Shown: positions 39,708 to 50,128, counted from the first letter of the stretch. The stretch is DNA of 64,000 bases from an uncultured Verrucomicrobiae bacterium (GCA_963719495.1 CAVRCI010000009.1:143409-207408), one strand, 5' to 3'. Numbers and translations: made by a program. Notes: generated from the sequence alone by a model not told the origin.

Positions 39708-40448
39708 ATGTTCAAAAGCCGACCCGTCGCCATCGCCATCAGTCTTCTCGCCGTGACCACCGCCGCCCACGCAACACCGCTCGGGCTCAGTTCCGACCCG
39801 ATGGGCGATGCCTGGGACCGCGGCGACGCCAACACCGCATTCGGCACTTGGGATCATTTCGCGAGCTACACGTTCTCCAACCTCGCCGCTGACTCAGCCA
39901 GCGGATTCGCCAGCCTCGGGCTCGACCAGTCGACCACCCTCACCGGGAACCCGGGCAGCGACCAGGGAGCAGGCACCTACGATTCGTTCGCCGGTTTTAG
40001 CGGCTCCCCGGGCACCGACCTCCTCTACAACGGCAACCGCAACACCAACTTCTCCGTCGACGGCACCACCGCGTTCGCCATCAAAGGCTTTACGCTCCAG
40101 GTCAAACAAACGCTCAGCCAAGCGTCGCTCGGTGGATCGGTGACTCCGACGCTGAACGGGATCGCCGCTGATGGCTTCACGACGACGTCCGGCACCGGCG
40201 ACACCACCAGTCCCGGCGGGGACTACAGCGTGACGACCTGGAATTGGGGTGATTCGCTCGCCGCGACCTCGAGCACAACGTTCACTTTGGCAATCACGCC
40301 AACCAGCACCCGGACCGCCTTCGACAGCATCGTCGTCGACGCCGGCCCGGTCGCCGCCGTCCCCGAGCCCGGTGTCGTCGCGCTTCTGGCGCTGGGCGCT
40401 CTCGCTCTGCTGGTGAGCCGGCGGTTTCGACGCCAGACAACGGTCTGA
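39708..40448 (+). CDS. PEP-CTERM surface protein (Ser/Thr/Gly-rich)
   Basis: Signal peptide; C-terminal VPEPG + TM + RRFRR. Confidence 0.9.
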   Translation: MFKSRPVAIAISLLAVTTAAHATPLGLSSDPMGDAWDRGDANTAFGTWDHFASYTFSNLAADSASGFASLGLDQSTTLTGNPGSDQGAGTYDSFAGFSGSPGTDLLYNGNRNTNFSVDGTTAFAIKGFTLQVKQTLSQASLGGSVTPTLNGIAADGFTTTSGTGDTTSPGGDYSVTTWNWGDSLAATSSTTFTLAITPTSTRTAFDSIVVDAGPVAAVPEPGVVALLALGALALLVSRRFRRQTTV

Positions 40449-40450
40449 GT

Positions 40451-40563
40451 TCAGCCGACCCGATTCCCGACGTAGATCCCGGCCCCGTCCCGATTCTCGG
40501 CGCGGGCCGGCGCGCCGCCGACAACCCCGTCATTCTCCACGTCCGACGCCACGACGGAATGCG
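40451..40563 (-). pseudogene. 3' remnant of a second copy of the acetyltransferase at 44139-44729
   Basis: Encodes AHSVVASDVENDGVVGGAPARAENRDGAGIYVGNRVG*, versus AHAVVTADVENDAVVGGAPARVLNRDGAGVYVGNRVG* in the intact gene. Confidence 0.85.
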
Positions 40564-40620
40564 CTGGGGTCGGCGCTGGGGTCGCGCTGGGGTCGTCGCG
40601 CTGGGGTCGGCGCTGGGGTC
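40561..40620. repeat. GCGCTGGGGTC x5 tandem array
   Basis: Direct reading; it truncates the acetyltransferase remnant. Confidence 0.85.
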
Positions 40621-40686
40621 GGTCCATACCTTTGTCACGTGGCATTAGTATGGACAGACCCTTTTTCATACCTGTGAGGGGTCGGT

Positions 40687-42291
40687 GAGGGGTCAGGCGG
40701 CATGAAAGGCTGATGAATAGAGCGTTGCTGGGAAGTGGGGCCCGGAGAGCCTGATAAAATGAATGGTGTAGGTTGGGGTGATGAAAACCCAACCAAAAAG
40801 CCTACCGACGGAATCGAGCTTCATTGGCATCGATTATCACAAGCGATACAGCGTCTATTGCGTGGTTGATGGCCACGGCGAGGTGCTCGGCCAAGGGCGC
40901 ATCGAGCACGCGATCAGCGGAGATTTTGGGCGGCTCGTCGAGCGGTGGCCGGGGTGCCGGATCGTCTTCGAAGCGAGCATGAACTGGCACTGGCTCTACG
41001 AGATTCTCGAGCAGGTGATGCCCGCCGAGAACATCGTGTTGGCCAACCCGTTTAAGACGCGGATCATCGCCGAGGCCCAAATCAAGACCGATAAGATCGA
41101 CGCCCGAGCGTTGGCCAATCTGTTGCGGGCCAATTTGATTTCGAGCGTCCACATCCCCAGTCGCGAGACCCGCGACATCAAGAACGTGCTGCGCCAGCGC
41201 TGTTTCTTCGTGCGCCAACGCACGATGCTGCGCAACCGCATCCACCGGTTACTTGGTGGGCAGCACGAACTTAAACTTCCTGTCTGCAGCGACCTCTTCG
41301 GCAAGAAGGGACTGAGTTTTCTGGAGAAGCTCGAGTTGCCCGAACCAGCAGGCATGCTCCTGACCCAGCAACTCGCCCTCCACAACGAGTTGGTCGCTCG
41401 CATCCGCCAAGACGAGGCAGCGCTCAAAGATCTCATGAGCCAAAGCCCCGAGCTCACCCACGTCTGCAGTCTCCCCGGGATGGGACCCATCCTCGCCGCG
41501 GTTGTCGTCGCCGAGATCGACGACATCTCGCGCTTTGCCTCCGCGCAGAAGCTCTGCGGCTACGCGGGACTCTGCCCGGCGACGAGCAGCAGCGGCGGTA
41601 AGACCTACCACGGACGCCTGCTGCCCCAGTGCAACAAGTGGCTGCGTTGGGCCTTCGTCGAGGCCGCCTGGGTAGCCGTTGGCTGCTCGCCCTACTTCGG
41701 CGACTACTACAAAAACAAACGCGCTCACGGCAAGAAAGCCAACACCGCCATTCTGGCCACCGCCCGCCGGATGGCCCGAATCACCTGGAGCCTCTTGACC
41801 CAGGGGCGTTCCTACACGAACTTTCCTGAATCCCAAAAGCTCCGAAGCCAGCGCCGTGACGCGGACGGGCAAACGCCTTCCCGATCCGGCCTGGCCAAGG
41901 AAAAAATTGAAGACATGAAAACCCCGAAAACACGCCAGGGACGCAAACGTCGATCTTCTCGAAAACAATTTCCCCAGCCGCTCCAATGAACGACTGGTTG
42001 GTCGCTAAGTCTTAGCACTTAGTCGGCGCACCTTGGGTCAGGATGGAGGGCTGGGGATCTGATCGCCACAATGGATGGGGGCCAGAAGTGCCCGCCCCGC
42101 AGAGAAGTGTGATTCCAGCATCGCTATCGTCCCAAGTTTACAGGCTCCTTCCCTTAATGTAAGAGCCCGCGCTTTTCCCTGCCCTGATGGTCACCCATTG
42201 GGCGCTTTCTTCTGCGTCCCATGCCCCACTCGGTCCAAGAACCCTCTAAATTAGACCCTTGACAGCCCTTCGACCCTTTTTTCAGAGAGGT
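40687..42291 (+). mobile_element. IS110-family element (IS1111-like, long 3' non-coding region)
   Basis: Joining the flanks at a shared GGT core recreates the adjacent sequence 42317-42356; TTGACA at 42259 near the right end. Confidence 0.8.
40781..41989 (+). CDS. IS110-family transposase/recombinase
   Basis: DEDD motifs FIGIDYHK, FEAS, KTDKIDA; C-terminal SLPGMG...RFASAQKL..YAGLCP...SSGGK. Confidence 0.95.
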   Translation: MKTQPKSLPTESSFIGIDYHKRYSVYCVVDGHGEVLGQGRIEHAISGDFGRLVERWPGCRIVFEASMNWHWLYEILEQVMPAENIVLANPFKTRIIAEAQIKTDKIDARALANLLRANLISSVHIPSRETRDIKNVLRQRCFFVRQRTMLRNRIHRLLGGQHELKLPVCSDLFGKKGLSFLEKLELPEPAGMLLTQQLALHNELVARIRQDEAALKDLMSQSPELTHVCSLPGMGPILAAVVVAEIDDISRFASAQKLCGYAGLCPATSSSGGKTYHGRLLPQCNKWLRWAFVEAAWVAVGCSPYFGDYYKNKRAHGKKANTAILATARRMARITWSLLTQGRSYTNFPESQKLRSQRRDADGQTPSRSGLAKEKIEDMKTPKTRQGRKRRSSRKQFPQPLQ

Positions 42292-42356
42292 CATTCATAT
42301 GGACACATTTCGGGCGTGTGAGGGGTCGGTCATTCATATGGACACATTTCGGGCGT
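42289..42356. repeat. 29-bp direct repeat
   Basis: ggtcattcatatggacacatttcgggcgt at 42289 and 42328. Confidence 0.95.
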
Positions 42357-42532
42357 TCAGCGAACACCTGCCGCTCCAGAACACGCCCTCTGATGAAACA
42401 AAATGAACGACCGACGCCGTTGCTTCCGGATGACGGAAGCAGGCGTGATCATCGAATCCCGACCGGACGGACGGGAGGCACCGCCGCGAGGCGCGGCCGA
42501 CCAATGCATCCACGCGAAACCCAACCGCAGAC

Positions 42533-44028
42533 CTACCGCCGGAGGATCCGAATTTTCGCCCGCTTCGATTTCAACCCGATGCCGTCGACGGCGCGGACCT
42601 TCACGACCACGCGACCCTGATCTTTCGTGATCCGTAGGACGACCTTGAAAGTGCCGTTGCCCTTCACCTTCGCTTTGGCGACCTTGCCGCCGCGAGCCTT
42701 CACGTCCAGATCGGCGACCCCGGAGGCGTCGCGGGCGGTCCCGCGGATCACGACCCGCTTGCGCAGCGTCTCGATGGTCTTTCGACCGCGAACCTTGAGT
42801 TCCGGGCGAGTGACGTCGACGGGCGGCACGGCGACCGGATCGGCGGGTCGGGTGAATCGGAGGACACGTCGATTGCTGAGATCCGCCACCCACAAGTTCC
42901 CGGCCGGACTCAGGAAAAGACCGTAGGGAAAATCCAACCGATCCGCGGCGACATGCGCATCAACGGCAAAGAATGACGACTGCCCGACGACCCCGTCCGC
43001 GAGTGGTTGATTATCCGCCGAAGCCACGTTGTCGTAGCGCAGGACGCGGTTGTTCCCGCTGTCCGACACCCACAATGACCCGAAGGAATCCTTGGCGACA
43101 TCGCGGGGTCCACTCAATCCGACGCTGCCACCACCGGTGCTCGAAGTATCGAAGTCCGGCTGGCCGATGACCAGATCAGCGTCAGGACCATTTCCACGAC
43201 TGGCAGCATTGTCGTAGGCCGTCACGCGGTTGTTGGCACTGTCCGCCCCACCCACAACCGACTGGAGGTATCGAGCATGACGCCAACCGGCTGCGCCAAT
43301 CGGTCGATTCCCAACGGAAGAAATGTGCTTCCGCTACTGATGAAGTCGTCCTGCCCGATCACTTGCGTCGCCGCGGCTCCGTCCGCCAAGGCTGCCGCAT
43401 TGGCGAAACGGAGAACGCGGTTGTTGATCCGGTCGGAAACCCAGAGATCCCCGCCCCCGTCGATCCAGAGGCCCGACGGGGCGGTAAACTCGCTCGCCGA
43501 GAGACCCGATGCCCCGGAAGTGAAGTTAATTTGACCGAGCACGAGATTCGCCGCGGCGTCGCTGCCCAACGCCGACGCGTTGGTCCACATGAGAATTCGG
43601 TTGTTACCAGAATCCGCTACCCACAGCCGACCCGCTGAGTCGACCTGGACGCTGATGGGGAAACTCAGTCCGCGAGAGGTCGGATTGGACTCTCCACCGT
43701 TCACGGAGACGTCGGAAAAGTCATCCTGCCCAAACACGACCTCTGCGGCGGCACCGTTGCCGAGTGCGTCCTCGGGAGGATACCGCAGCACGCGATTCCC
43801 GGAGGAGTCCACCACAAAAACCTTCCCGGTGGTTGGATCGATCGCGATGCCGTTTGGTTGGACAAAATTTGAGTCGGAGGTCGTCGCGGCGGCGTTGGTG
43901 TTGAAATCCGATTGCCCCAACACCAAATCCGCGCTCGCGGAAGTCGAGATCTGGGCGGTTAGGCTAGCAGCGAAAATCAGCAGGACGCTCGCGCCTAAGG
44001 CAGAAATTTTACGGAAAGACAATTGCAT
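42533..44028 (-). pseudogene. Secreted NHL-repeat protein with basic Ig-like C-terminal domain, frameshifted at about 43246-43249
   Basis: Repeats LWVADSGNNRI and ADLVLGQSDF continue across two frames; break at ...tgg gtg gg gcg gac (LWV/ADS). Confidence 0.8.
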
Positions 44029-44138
44029 ATCCGAACCATTACACGCATTGGTCAGGGTGTCCCCCGCCAATTTGTCGGCGTCACCAGTTGCCGATCTTTC
44101 AGGGCGCACTGCGAACAATCCGAAGGGCCCGCCGCAAT

Positions 44139-44729
44139 TCAGCCCACGCGATTCCCGACGTAGACCCCGGCCCCGTCCCGATTCAGGACGCGGGCCGGCG
44201 CGCCGCCGACGACCGCGTCATTTTCGACGTCCGCCGTCACCACCGCGTGCGCCGCGACCAGCACGTTTCGTCCGACGACGACGCGCCCGAAGACACAAGC
44301 ATAGGACCCGAGGTAGACGTGGTCGCCGATCGTGGGCGCGCCCATTCGATCGCCGCGGAAGACGCCGCCGATCGTCGCGTGATTCACCACCGTGCAATTC
44401 CGCCCGATCGTCGCGCCCTTATTCACGGTCAAGCTCCCGGCGTGCAGGATGATGAACCCCGGCCCGATGCGCACCGACTGCGGGATCTCGATCGCCCGGC
44501 GCGAGCTCGCCCACGCGAAGACCAGGTCGCTGACCGCCCCGATCACCCGCCAGCCGTTGAAAAAATCGCGACACCGCATCAGCACAATCACGTGAAAGCA
44601 CGCCGACGTGAACGTGATCCGCAGAAATTCCTCCCAGTCCGTCCGACCCCGGTGCCGATACAAGTCGGCGCGGATGATCTCGGTCAGCGGTTCAAAATTC
44701 GGGACGTCGATTTTCATGAGGATCGGCAT
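44139..44729 (-). CDS. Serine O-acetyltransferase-like left-handed beta-helix acyltransferase
   Basis: IGPGFIILH, IGRNCTVVNHATIG, PTIGDHVYLG, VVGGAPAR. Confidence 0.85.
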   Translation of the reverse strand: MPILMKIDVPNFEPLTEIIRADLYRHRGRTDWEEFLRITFTSACFHVIVLMRCRDFFNGWRVIGAVSDLVFAWASSRRAIEIPQSVRIGPGFIILHAGSLTVNKGATIGRNCTVVNHATIGGVFRGDRMGAPTIGDHVYLGSYACVFGRVVVGRNVLVAAHAVVTADVENDAVVGGAPARVLNRDGAGVYVGNRVG

Positions 44730-44764
44730 TCGGTCCCAGGCGATGGGACTTCAAATGCGTTTCA

Positions 44765-44903
44765 GACAGGATTAACAGGATAACAGGATTAACAGGATGA
44801 TTCCAAAGGGTGAATGGGACCCTGATCTGTTACCCTTCGAGCGCAACGAGGGCTCAGTCCGAAGAGACTAAAATCCAATCCTGTGAATCTTGTTAATCCT
44901 GTC
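44765..44903. repeat. Inverted (ACAGGATTA)n arrays
   Basis: gacaggattaacaggataacaggattaacagga ... aatcctgtgaatcttgttaatcctgtc. Confidence 0.8.
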
Positions 44904-44965
44904 CCTTTCCGGATCCCGATCGAAAAGGAAGCATCCCGCCGGCCCGTTCGTCACGAAGAGTCGGT

Positions 44966-45640
44966 ATGAGTTACCGAGTCAAGATCCGCGAAGCCGAAAT
45001 GCTGAACCACAACGTCCGTCGCTTCCGCACGGAGAAGCCGCCCGGCTTCGAATTCGAGCCCGGTCAGGCCACCGAGCTCGCCCTACCGAACGAGGCTGAC
45101 CTCGCCGACGAGAAGCGCCCCTTCACCTTCACGTCCCTGCCCGCCGACCCCGACCTCGAGTTCACCATCAAAATCTACCCCGGGCACGACGGCGTGACCG
45201 ACCGGCTCGCGGCCTACGGCGAAGGCGACGTCTTCGAGATCGGCGACGCCTGGGGCGCGATCACGTATCAGGGGCCCGGCATCTTCCTGGCCGGCGGCGC
45301 GGGCATCACCCCGTTCCTCTCGATCCTACGGGATCTCGACGATTCCGGCGATATCGACCGCTGCGGCCTTTGGTTCAGCAACCAGACCGCGGCCGACATT
45401 TTCCTCGAGCGGGAACTCACCGACCGCCTCGGCGACAAGCTCCAACTTTTCCTCACCGACGGAGAATCGGGAACGGCCACGTCGGGCCGAATCGACCGCG
45501 ACCGCCTCAAATCCGACCTCACCAGTTTCGACCAAAAATTCTACATTTGCGGCCCCGAAGACATGGTCACCGACCTCACCCACGCCCTTGAGACCCTCGG
45601 CGTCGACGAAGACCACATCATCACCGAAGACTTGGGCTGA
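44966..45640 (+). CDS. FAD/NAD(P)-binding ferredoxin/flavodoxin reductase-like oxidoreductase
   Basis: FEPGQ, RPFTFTS, AGGAGITPF, YICGP. Confidence 0.9.
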   Translation: MSYRVKIREAEMLNHNVRRFRTEKPPGFEFEPGQATELALPNEADLADEKRPFTFTSLPADPDLEFTIKIYPGHDGVTDRLAAYGEGDVFEIGDAWGAITYQGPGIFLAGGAGITPFLSILRDLDDSGDIDRCGLWFSNQTAADIFLERELTDRLGDKLQLFLTDGESGTATSGRIDRDRLKSDLTSFDQKFYICGPEDMVTDLTHALETLGVDEDHIITEDLG

Positions 45641-45949
45641 AAGAAAAGGCGGCGCCAGCCGCCCCCTCGACCAGAGCGGGTAGGGCAGCCGGACCCCGGG
45701 TGCCGTGACCTTCTCCCAGCGCGCCCAAACAACGAGGCAGCTCCGCCCAGCCACGTGAGCCAAGAAGCATCGCGGGTCCCCAAGACCTCCACCCTCAACC
45801 GGTAATCAAAAATGGGAGCCCGACGGCGCGGCCTCCCTACCTTGGGGAACAGAATCCGCAAAAACCGCGTCGCCGAGCCGCGCGGAAAGCGTTTTGATTC
45901 AAATCGGAAGTCAACGCCAAGCCCGCCGCCCGACCCGCCAAGCCAAACC

Positions 45950-47260
45950 ATGCTCACCGAAGCCACCGCCATCGTCCGCCGCCTCCGCGAAGCCGGGCAC
46001 ACCGCCTACTTCGCCGGCGGCTGCGTGCGCGACCGACTCCGCGGGGTTGCCGCCCACGACATCGACATCGCGACCAGTGCGCGCCCCGAGGAGGTGGCCG
46101 CGCTCTTCCGGCGCACGATTCCGGTCGGCGCGCAGTTCGGCGTGATGATCGTCGTCGAACACGGTTTGCAATTCGAAGTCGCCACCTTCCGCACCGAAGG
46201 CACCTACCTCGACGGGCGACGCCCCGATTCCGTCACTTACAGCGACGCCAAGCACGACGCCCAACGCCGCGATTTCACGGTTAACGGTCTCTTCTTCGAC
46301 CCCATCGACGAGCGCGTGATCGACCACGTCGGCGGCATCGCCGACCTCGAAGCCCGCACCCTGCGCGCCATCGGCGACGCCGCCGCCCGGATCCGCGAGG
46401 ACAAACTCCGCATCCTGCGCGCCGTCCGGTTCGCCGCCACGCTCGACTACGAGATCGATCCCGCGACGTGGGACGCCGTCCTCGCCGCCGCGCCGGACAT
46501 CGCGGTCGTGAGCCCGGAACGGATTCGCGACGAATTGGTGAAAATTTTCACCTCGCCCCAGCGCGTCCGCGGCTTCGACCTCCTCGACGCCAGCGGCCTG
46601 CTTCGACTCCTCCTCCCGGAAGTCGCCGACACCGCGGGCTGCGAGCAACCGCCGGAATTTCACCCCGAGGGCGACGTCTTCGTGCACACGCGCATCATGC
46701 TCGAAATGCTCCCGCCGGACGCGTCGGCGACGCTCGTCCTCGGCGTCCTCTTCCACGATATCGGGAAGCCACCGACGTCGTTCACCGACGAGACGGGGCG
46801 CATCCGGTTCAACGGCCACGAGCACGTCGGGGCCGACATGACGGTCGGCATCATGAAACGACTCCGGTTTTCCAACGACCAGATCGACGACGTCGTCGCG
46901 CTCGTGAAGAATCACATGGCCTTCAAGGACGTCCAATCCATGCGCGTCGCCAAGCTCAAGCGCTTCCTCGACCGCGAGACGATCGACGACGAACTCGAAC
47001 TCCACCGCGTCGATTGCGCGTCGAGCCACGGCATGCTCGACAACCACGTTTTCCTCGAGGCGAAACGCGAGGAATTCGCCAACGAGCCGCTCGTCCCGCC
47101 GCCGCTCGTCACCGGTCACGACCTCATCGCGCTTGGGCTGAAACCCAGCCCGGCCTTCAAGCAAATCCTCGACACCGCGCACACCGCCCAGCTCGAGGGA
47201 GCGTTCCCCGACCGAGCCGCTGCGCTGGAATGGTTGCGCGACGTGGCGCTCGTCCGCTAA
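45950..47260 (+). CDS. cca: CCA tRNA nucleotidyltransferase with HD domain (poly(A) polymerase family)
   Basis: AGGCVRD, DIDIAT, EVATFR, RRDFTVN, EDKLRILRAVRF, FHDIGKP. Confidence 0.88.
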   Translation: MLTEATAIVRRLREAGHTAYFAGGCVRDRLRGVAAHDIDIATSARPEEVAALFRRTIPVGAQFGVMIVVEHGLQFEVATFRTEGTYLDGRRPDSVTYSDAKHDAQRRDFTVNGLFFDPIDERVIDHVGGIADLEARTLRAIGDAAARIREDKLRILRAVRFAATLDYEIDPATWDAVLAAAPDIAVVSPERIRDELVKIFTSPQRVRGFDLLDASGLLRLLLPEVADTAGCEQPPEFHPEGDVFVHTRIMLEMLPPDASATLVLGVLFHDIGKPPTSFTDETGRIRFNGHEHVGADMTVGIMKRLRFSNDQIDDVVALVKNHMAFKDVQSMRVAKLKRFLDRETIDDELELHRVDCASSHGMLDNHVFLEAKREEFANEPLVPPPLVTGHDLIALGLKPSPAFKQILDTAHTAQLEGAFPDRAAALEWLRDVALVR

Positions 47261-47316
47261 CCGCACTGGCAAGAACGTCGTTGCGATTCCCCGCAGCGTG
47301 ATGTCTAATTTAAGCC

Positions 47317-47628
47317 ATGGCCGCGACAATCGTCTTCATTCTACTCGCCATCGCGATCGCCTACCTGATTTTTCGAACCAGACAAAAGCACGGCGTGGAC
47401 CGGACCGAGTTCATTGTGATCATTCAGCGCACCGCCGACGACACGGGCAAGCTCGCGGATTTTCGGGCCCTCGTCCACAACCCGATTCTCAACGACCCGG
47501 AGCTGGAAGCCGCCCGCGGTCGCCTCGTCCACCTCGACGACAAATACGGGCGCGGCAAGGGCGAATCACTCACCGAGCCTCACCGCAAGGAGCTCGGTGA
47601 GATCGCCGACGAACTCCGCCGCGCGTAA
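47317..47628 (+). CDS. Small membrane-anchored hypothetical protein
   Basis: N-terminal TM helix plus helical domain. Confidence 0.65.
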   Translation: MAATIVFILLAIAIAYLIFRTRQKHGVDRTEFIVIIQRTADDTGKLADFRALVHNPILNDPELEAARGRLVHLDDKYGRGKGESLTEPHRKELGEIADELRRA

Positions 47629-47689
47629 CCGCGGGAGCGTCCGCGATATTTCTTTCCCACGCGGGACCCGGATCGGCTAGAAAGTCCCC

Positions 47690-48976
47690 GTGCATCAGTT
47701 CCGCTACCACGACGGTCGTCTCCACTGCGAAGACACCTCCCTCGACGCCATCGCCGACGCCGTCGGCACCCCGGCCTACGTTTATTCCGCCAACACGATT
47801 CGGGAGAATTACCGCCGTCTCGACCGCGCGCTCCACGAGCTCGACCACCGCATCTGCTACGCGCTCAAAGCGAATTCCAACCTCGCGATCCTGAATCTCC
47901 TCGCCTCCGAGGGCGCGGACTTCGACCTCGTCTCCGGCGGCGAACTCTTCCGCGTGCTCCAGGCCGGCGGCCGCTCCGACCGCTGCACCTTCGCCGGCGT
48001 CGGCAAGACGCGGGCGGAAATCGAATACGCCCTCGAGCACGGCATCCACTCCTTCAACGTCGAAGGCGAAGAGGAACTCGCCCAGATCAACGCCATCGCC
48101 GCCGAGCGCAACGTCCGCGCCCCCATCGCAATCCGCGTCAATCCGAACGTCGACGCCGGCACGCACAAATACATCTCCACCGGCAAGAGCCAGAACAAGT
48201 TCGGCATCGGCCTCGACCGCGCCGCCGAAGTCTACCGCGCCGCCGCGAAGCTCGACCACCTCCGCATCGTCGGCGTCCAGACCCACATCGGCTCGCAAAT
48301 CCTCGACACCGCCCCGTTCGCCGAGGCCATCACCAAACTCATCCCGCTCGTCGAAGAAATCCGCGACGCGCACGACATCGAATTCTTCAGCATCGGTGGC
48401 GGCGTCGGCATCGTCTACGACGACGCCCTCGCCAGCGGCACACCCGATTGGTGGCGGGCCCACCCGTCCCGCATCACCCCCGAGGCCTACGCCGCCGCCG
48501 TCGTTCCGCTCCTCAAACCGCTGGGCCTCCGCATCCTGCTCGAGCCCGGCCGCTTCCTCGTCGGCAACGCGGGTGCCCTCGTCACCTCGGTCGTCTCCGT
48601 CAAAAAGACCCCCGCCAAGCATTTCACCATCGTCGACGCGGGCATGAACGATCTCATCCGCCCCGCCCTCTACGAAGGCCACCACGAGATCCACCCGCTC
48701 ACCGAGCCGACCACGCCCGAGCTGGCGAAACAGGACATTGTCGGCCCCGTCTGCGAGAGCGGCGACTTCTTCGCCCAGGACCGCGAACTCCCCGTCACGG
48801 AAGCCAACGACCGCCTCGCCCTCCTGAGCGCCGGAGCTTACGGATTCGTCATGGCGTCAAATTACAACAGCCGCCCCCTCCTCCCCGAAATCCTAGTCGA
48901 CGGCGAAAAATGGCAAACCATCCGAGCCCGCCAAACCTACGAAGACCTAATCCAAGGCGAAAAAATCCCGGATTAA
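47690..48976 (+). CDS. lysA: Diaminopimelate decarboxylase
   Basis: YALKANSN, VSGGEL, HIGSQ, EPGR, VGPVCESGD, AGAYG..MASNYN. Confidence 0.96.
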   Translation: MHQFRYHDGRLHCEDTSLDAIADAVGTPAYVYSANTIRENYRRLDRALHELDHRICYALKANSNLAILNLLASEGADFDLVSGGELFRVLQAGGRSDRCTFAGVGKTRAEIEYALEHGIHSFNVEGEEELAQINAIAAERNVRAPIAIRVNPNVDAGTHKYISTGKSQNKFGIGLDRAAEVYRAAAKLDHLRIVGVQTHIGSQILDTAPFAEAITKLIPLVEEIRDAHDIEFFSIGGGVGIVYDDALASGTPDWWRAHPSRITPEAYAAAVVPLLKPLGLRILLEPGRFLVGNAGALVTSVVSVKKTPAKHFTIVDAGMNDLIRPALYEGHHEIHPLTEPTTPELAKQDIVGPVCESGDFFAQDRELPVTEANDRLALLSAGAYGFVMASNYNSRPLLPEILVDGEKWQTIRARQTYEDLIQGEKIPD

Positions 48977-49036
48977 GAAAGTGGAATCGGCATCCTGCCG
49001 ATCACCAACCCAACGGCAAAGCCGCACTCCCCCCAC

Positions 49037-49064
49037 CAATCACCATTCACCAGTCACCAATCAC
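49037..49064. repeat. Heptamer array (CAnTCAC x4)
   Basis: caatcac cattcac cagtcac caatcac. Confidence 0.8.
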
Positions 49065-49078
49065 GCCAAGCTCAACCC

Positions 49079-50128
49079 TCACCCGTGCGCCCCGGCCAGC
49101 ACGTCGGTCGCCGCCAACCCCAGCTCGAAAGGCTCCAGCGCCATCGGCTCGTCGTGGTCCAGATACTCGCGGCACAGCGCAAAAAATTCCCCCTCCGCCT
49201 GCGCCCGCCGCACGTCGTGCAGAAACCGCCCCGTCGGCTCCACGCCCAGCGCCAGGTAATTCATCACCTTCTTGACCCGCTGGACCCGCTTCCGCTCGTC
49301 CACCCCGGGCGTCTCCGTCGATTCGTAAAGCCCCCGCACGTATTCCAACACGTCCCGCCCCGTCGGCAACCTCACCGCTTCCCCGACCCGCAGCGCCCGC
49401 AACTGCGAGAACATCCACGGATTCCGAATCGCCCCACGCCCGATCATCAGCCCCGCCGCCCCCGTCCGGCGTAAAATTTCCAGCCCACCCGCCGCCGACG
49501 CGACGTTTCCATTCGCCAGCACCGGACACCGCATCGCGCCCACCGCATCCGCGATCCGGTCGTAATGCACCTCCGACCGATACCGCTCGGCCACCGTCCG
49601 CCCGTGCACCGACAGCAGATCGATCTCGTGCCGCCCAAAGACCTCCAGCAACGCGTCGAATTCCCCCACCTCGGCGAACCCCAACCGAGTCTTCACCGTA
49701 AACCGCCCCCGGATCGCCGCCCGCAACTCCCCCAAAATCCGGTCGATTTGCGGTAAATCCCGCAGCAACCCACCGCCCGCGCACTTTCGATAAACTACCG
49801 GAGCCGGACAGCCCAGGTTGAGATCCACGCCCGCCACCGGGTGCCGATCCTCCAACTCCCGCGCCGTCCGCACCAGCGCCGCCACGTCATTCCCGATCAG
49901 CTGCGCCACCGCCGGCCGCCCCGTCGGATTCTCCACCACCGACCGCAAAATCTCGCGATCCAGACGGGACGTTTCCAAGACGCGAAAAAACTCCGTAAAA
50001 TAAACGTCCGCCGCCCCGTAGCCCGCCGTCAGGCGCCAAAAATCCCAATCCGTGACGTCCTGCATCGGCGCCAGCGCCAGCAACGGCCCGCCCGTCCCCC
50101 ATTCCTCCACCACGTTCACGACTGGCAA
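49079..50128 (-). CDS. tRNA-dihydrouridine synthase family protein
   Basis: LAPMQDVTD, DLNLGCP, TVKTRLG, VHGRT, ANGNV, MIGRGAIRNPW. Confidence 0.93.
   Translation of the reverse strand: MPVVNVVEEWGTGGPLLALAPMQDVTDWDFWRLTAGYGAADVYFTEFFRVLETSRLDREILRSVVENPTGRPAVAQLIGNDVAALVRTARELEDRHPVAGVDLNLGCPAPVVYRKCAGGGLLRDLPQIDRILGELRAAIRGRFTVKTRLGFAEVGEFDALLEVFGRHEIDLLSVHGRTVAERYRSEVHYDRIADAVGAMRCPVLANGNVASAAGGLEILRRTGAAGLMIGRGAIRNPWMFSQLRALRVGEAVRLPTGRDVLEYVRGLYESTETPGVDERKRVQRVKKVMNYLALGVEPTGRFLHDVRRAQAEGEFFALCREYLDHDEPMALEPFELGLAATDVLAGAHG

Noticed and set aside
40561..42356. Repeats considered as a CRISPR array
   Set aside because: Units are too short or only two copies, there are no unique 30-40-nt spacers, and no cas genes
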